Source of the DNA: an uncultured Actinomycetes bacterium
GTDB lineage: Bacteria; Actinomycetota; Thermoleophilia; RBG-16-64-13
NCBI GenBank assembly: GCA_963841735.1
Contig: CAWJDT010000006.1
Span: 32,940 to 96,939 of the forward strand
Direction of reading: 5' to 3'
DNA length: 64,000 nucleotides
Below the pieces are notes generated by a model that ran no database searches, was not told the origin of the DNA, and saw nothing but the letters and a program-made list of their open reading frames with translations. Numbering within the stretch: position 1 is the stretch's first letter; the number at the start of each line of letters is the position of its first letter. This document shows, in pieces, positions 63,807 through 64,000 of this stretch. The position numbers and the translations under genes are program-made.

Positions 63807-63922
63807 TAAAATCCCCCCTGACCCCCCTTTAGAAAAGGGGGGAATTAGTGATTTTGCCTTAGGAGCAGGAAAGCACTGCTTTTCAAGTCCCCCTTTCTTA
63901 AAGGGGGATTTAGGGGGATTTT
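63807..63922. repeat. Inverted pair of C-rich/G-rich REP-like hairpins
   Basis: AAATCCCCCCTGACCCCCCTTTAGAAAAGGGGGG ... CCCCCTTTCTTAAAGGGGGATTTAGGGGGATTT. Confidence 0.7.
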
Positions 63923-64000
63923 CACGGTAAATTATCAATGGTAAAATATTAAATCCCATATCTTCTATTCCGTCTGATGCCCGAATTCCGGCAGGTTGGC

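Overview
Bases 1 to ~61,590 are GC-rich bacterial chromosome. Gene content suggests an anaerobic, Thermoleophilia-like actinomycete; this is an inference, not a search result. The segment holds a de novo purine cluster (purA,D,E,B | S,Q,L,F | M,N,H; no purC or purK in the window) split by two accessory blocks. The larger block contains a cobalamin-riboswitch btuFCD transporter, a CxxxY-type ccmEFABCD cytochrome c maturation operon and a divergent 12-heme cytochrome. Next come dnaB-rplI-DUF2232-rpsR-ssb-rpsF (rpsF has a CUG start) and a trxA-fmdB-lgt-tlpA-ccdA-DUF4349 redox operon with one strong and one plausible selenoprotein (in-frame UGA plus SECIS-like hairpin). These are followed by UPF0182-hsp20-lon-archease-rtcB facing an AmmeMemoRadiSam operon, a PASTA Ser/Thr kinase beside five membrane proteins sharing a terminal zinc ribbon, a TPP-riboswitch thiN-ykoFEDC operon and the start of a pyruvate:ferredoxin oxidoreductase operon. 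At ~61,591 genes on both strands are cut and the sequence becomes AT-richer and repeat-laden with Tad-type lipoproteins, most likely a contig join or chimera. About ten single-base frameshifts, one in essential dnaB, look like sequencing indels rather than pseudogenes. Best leads: the selenium-containing trans-membrane thiol relay linked to System I* cytochrome maturation, and the zinc-ribbon membrane-protein array.
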